Assembly (NCBI GenBank): GCA_001310455.1
Contig: BAXG01000025.1
Coordinates: forward strand, 22,676-46,675
Length of the DNA stretch: 24,000 bases
Direction of reading: 5' to 3'
Source of the DNA: Photobacterium sp. JCM 19050
GTDB lineage: Bacteria; Pseudomonadota; Gammaproteobacteria; Enterobacterales; Vibrionaceae
In this document: positions 23,060 to 24,000 of the stretch, one piece after another
How positions within the stretch are numbered: the first letter of the stretch is position 1
Layout: every line of letters starts with the position of its first letter
Position numbers and translations under genes: made by a program
Notes under the pieces: generated by a model
What the model was told of the DNA's origin: nothing
Databases searched by the model: none
The model's input: only the letters and a program-made list of their open reading frames with translations

Positions 23060-24000
23060 ATGGGCAGTGAAAAGCAGTTTGATGTGATTTGTATGGGCAG
23101 AATCGCCGTCGATCTCTATGGACAGCAGATTGGTTCCCGTCTTGAGGATATGGGCAGCTTTGCCAAATACCTCGGGGGGTCATCAGGCAACGTGGCTTAC
23201 GGTACAGCCCGCCAGGGGCTGAAATCCTCCATGCTTGCCCGGGTGGGGGATGAACATATGGGACGCTTCTTGCGCGAGGAGCTGGTCAATGTCGGCTGTG
23301 ATACCAGCCACTTGATCACCGACACAGAACGCCTGACAGGCCTGGTGATTCTGGGCATCAAGGATGAGGACACCTTCCCGCTGATTTTCTACCGTGACAA
23401 CTGCGCTGATATGGCGATCACGCGGGAAGACTTTACGGAAGACTATATTGCATCGGCGCGTTGCCTGGCGATTACCGGTACCCACCTTTCCCACCCCAAA
23501 CCCGCGATGCGGTGCTGACAGCCTTGGAATATGCCCGTCGTAACGGGGTGAAAACGGCCATTGATATTGACTACCGCCCGGTGCTTTGGGGCTTGACGTC
23601 TCTGGGGGACGGAGAAACGCGCTTTATTGAATCCGGCCAGGTGACGGAACAGCTACAGGAAGTGCTTGGCTTGTTTGACCTGATTGTGGGGACCGAAGAG
23701 GAATTCCATATTGCAGGTGGCTCGACGGACACGATCGAATCCCTCCGAAAAGTGCGGGAGCTGACAGGTGCAGAGCTGGTTTGCAAGCGAGGTTCGTTGG
23801 GGTGCAGTGTCTTTACCGGAGACATTCCGGATACCTGGATGAGGGGATTACCGTTAAAGGTGTGCGGGTGGAAGTGCTGAACGTCCTTGGCGCGGGAGAT
23901 GCTTTTATGTCCGGCCTGCTGCGCGGTTACCTAAACGGGGAAGGCTGGGAAAAAGCCTGTGCTTATGCCAACGCCTGTGGTGCGTTGGTGGTGTCACGCC
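23060..24000 (+). pseudogene. iolC: 5-dehydro-2-deoxygluconokinase IolC (PfkB family), with 2 single-base deletions; the 3' end lies outside the window
   Basis: MGSEKQFDVICMGRIAVDLYGQQIGSRLEDMGSFAKYLGGSSGNVAYG...ITGTHLSHPK|TRDAVLTALEYARRNGVKTAIDIDYRPVLWG...GDIPDTW|DEGITVKGVRVEVLNVLGAGDAFMSGLLRGYL... The EYAR..DxDYRP and GAGDAF motifs match IolC / PfkB kinases. AAGGAG at 23047-23052 precedes the ATG at 23060. Confidence 0.85.

Noticed and set aside
22746-23183. Minus-strand ORFs 22746-22949 and 22962-23183, plus a 41-codon ORF starting at 22965
   Set aside because: They have no motifs and no RBS. One overlaps the iolC start and its SD, and the region is better explained as the iolC promoter and leader. 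I tried one-base repairs and could not join them into any recognisable protein.

Overview
This window looks like ordinary chromosomal DNA from a gammaproteobacterium. It may be Vibrionaceae-like, but that placement rests only on protein resemblance and is low confidence.

Gene content, left to right:
- 3' end of glcF, a VOC/glyoxalase-fold gene, and a YciI(DGPF)-family gene paired with an ECF sigma factor that has a long C-terminal extension (ECF42-like).
- A roughly 976-aa dCache-HAMP-PAS methyl-accepting chemotaxis protein on the minus strand.
- An ebgR-ebgA-ebgC cluster (evolved beta-galactosidase) followed by a YgjI/YjeM-like APC permease, the same order as in E. coli.
- A urea-transporter-family gene on the minus strand.
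- A dispersed myo-inositol catabolism cluster: iolD, iolG, an SGLT-type Na+/solute symporter and iolC (3' end outside the window). It is interrupted by a two-gene module of unknown function, a cNMP-binding/CBS/DUF294 nucleotidyltransferase plus a DEDDh 3'-5' exonuclease.

I found no rRNA, tRNA, CRISPR array, transposase, integrase or phage genes.

The dominant observation is that 15 reading-frame breaks (16 with one tentative site) affect 7 genes (8 with the tentative site). Each can be repaired by adding one base to a short homopolymer, so all look like 1-nt deletions. There are no premature stop substitutions and no larger lesions. This pattern is more typical of unpolished long-read assembly error than of natural decay, so the pseudogene calls below are provisional.

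I did not find a convincing new multi-gene system. The most promising leads are a conserved TGAAA-N6-TTTC(A/G) operator-like palindrome placed between the -35 and -10 elements of the iol promoters, and the uncharacterised DUF294/exonuclease pair embedded in the iol cluster next to a sodium:solute symporter family (SSS) gene.
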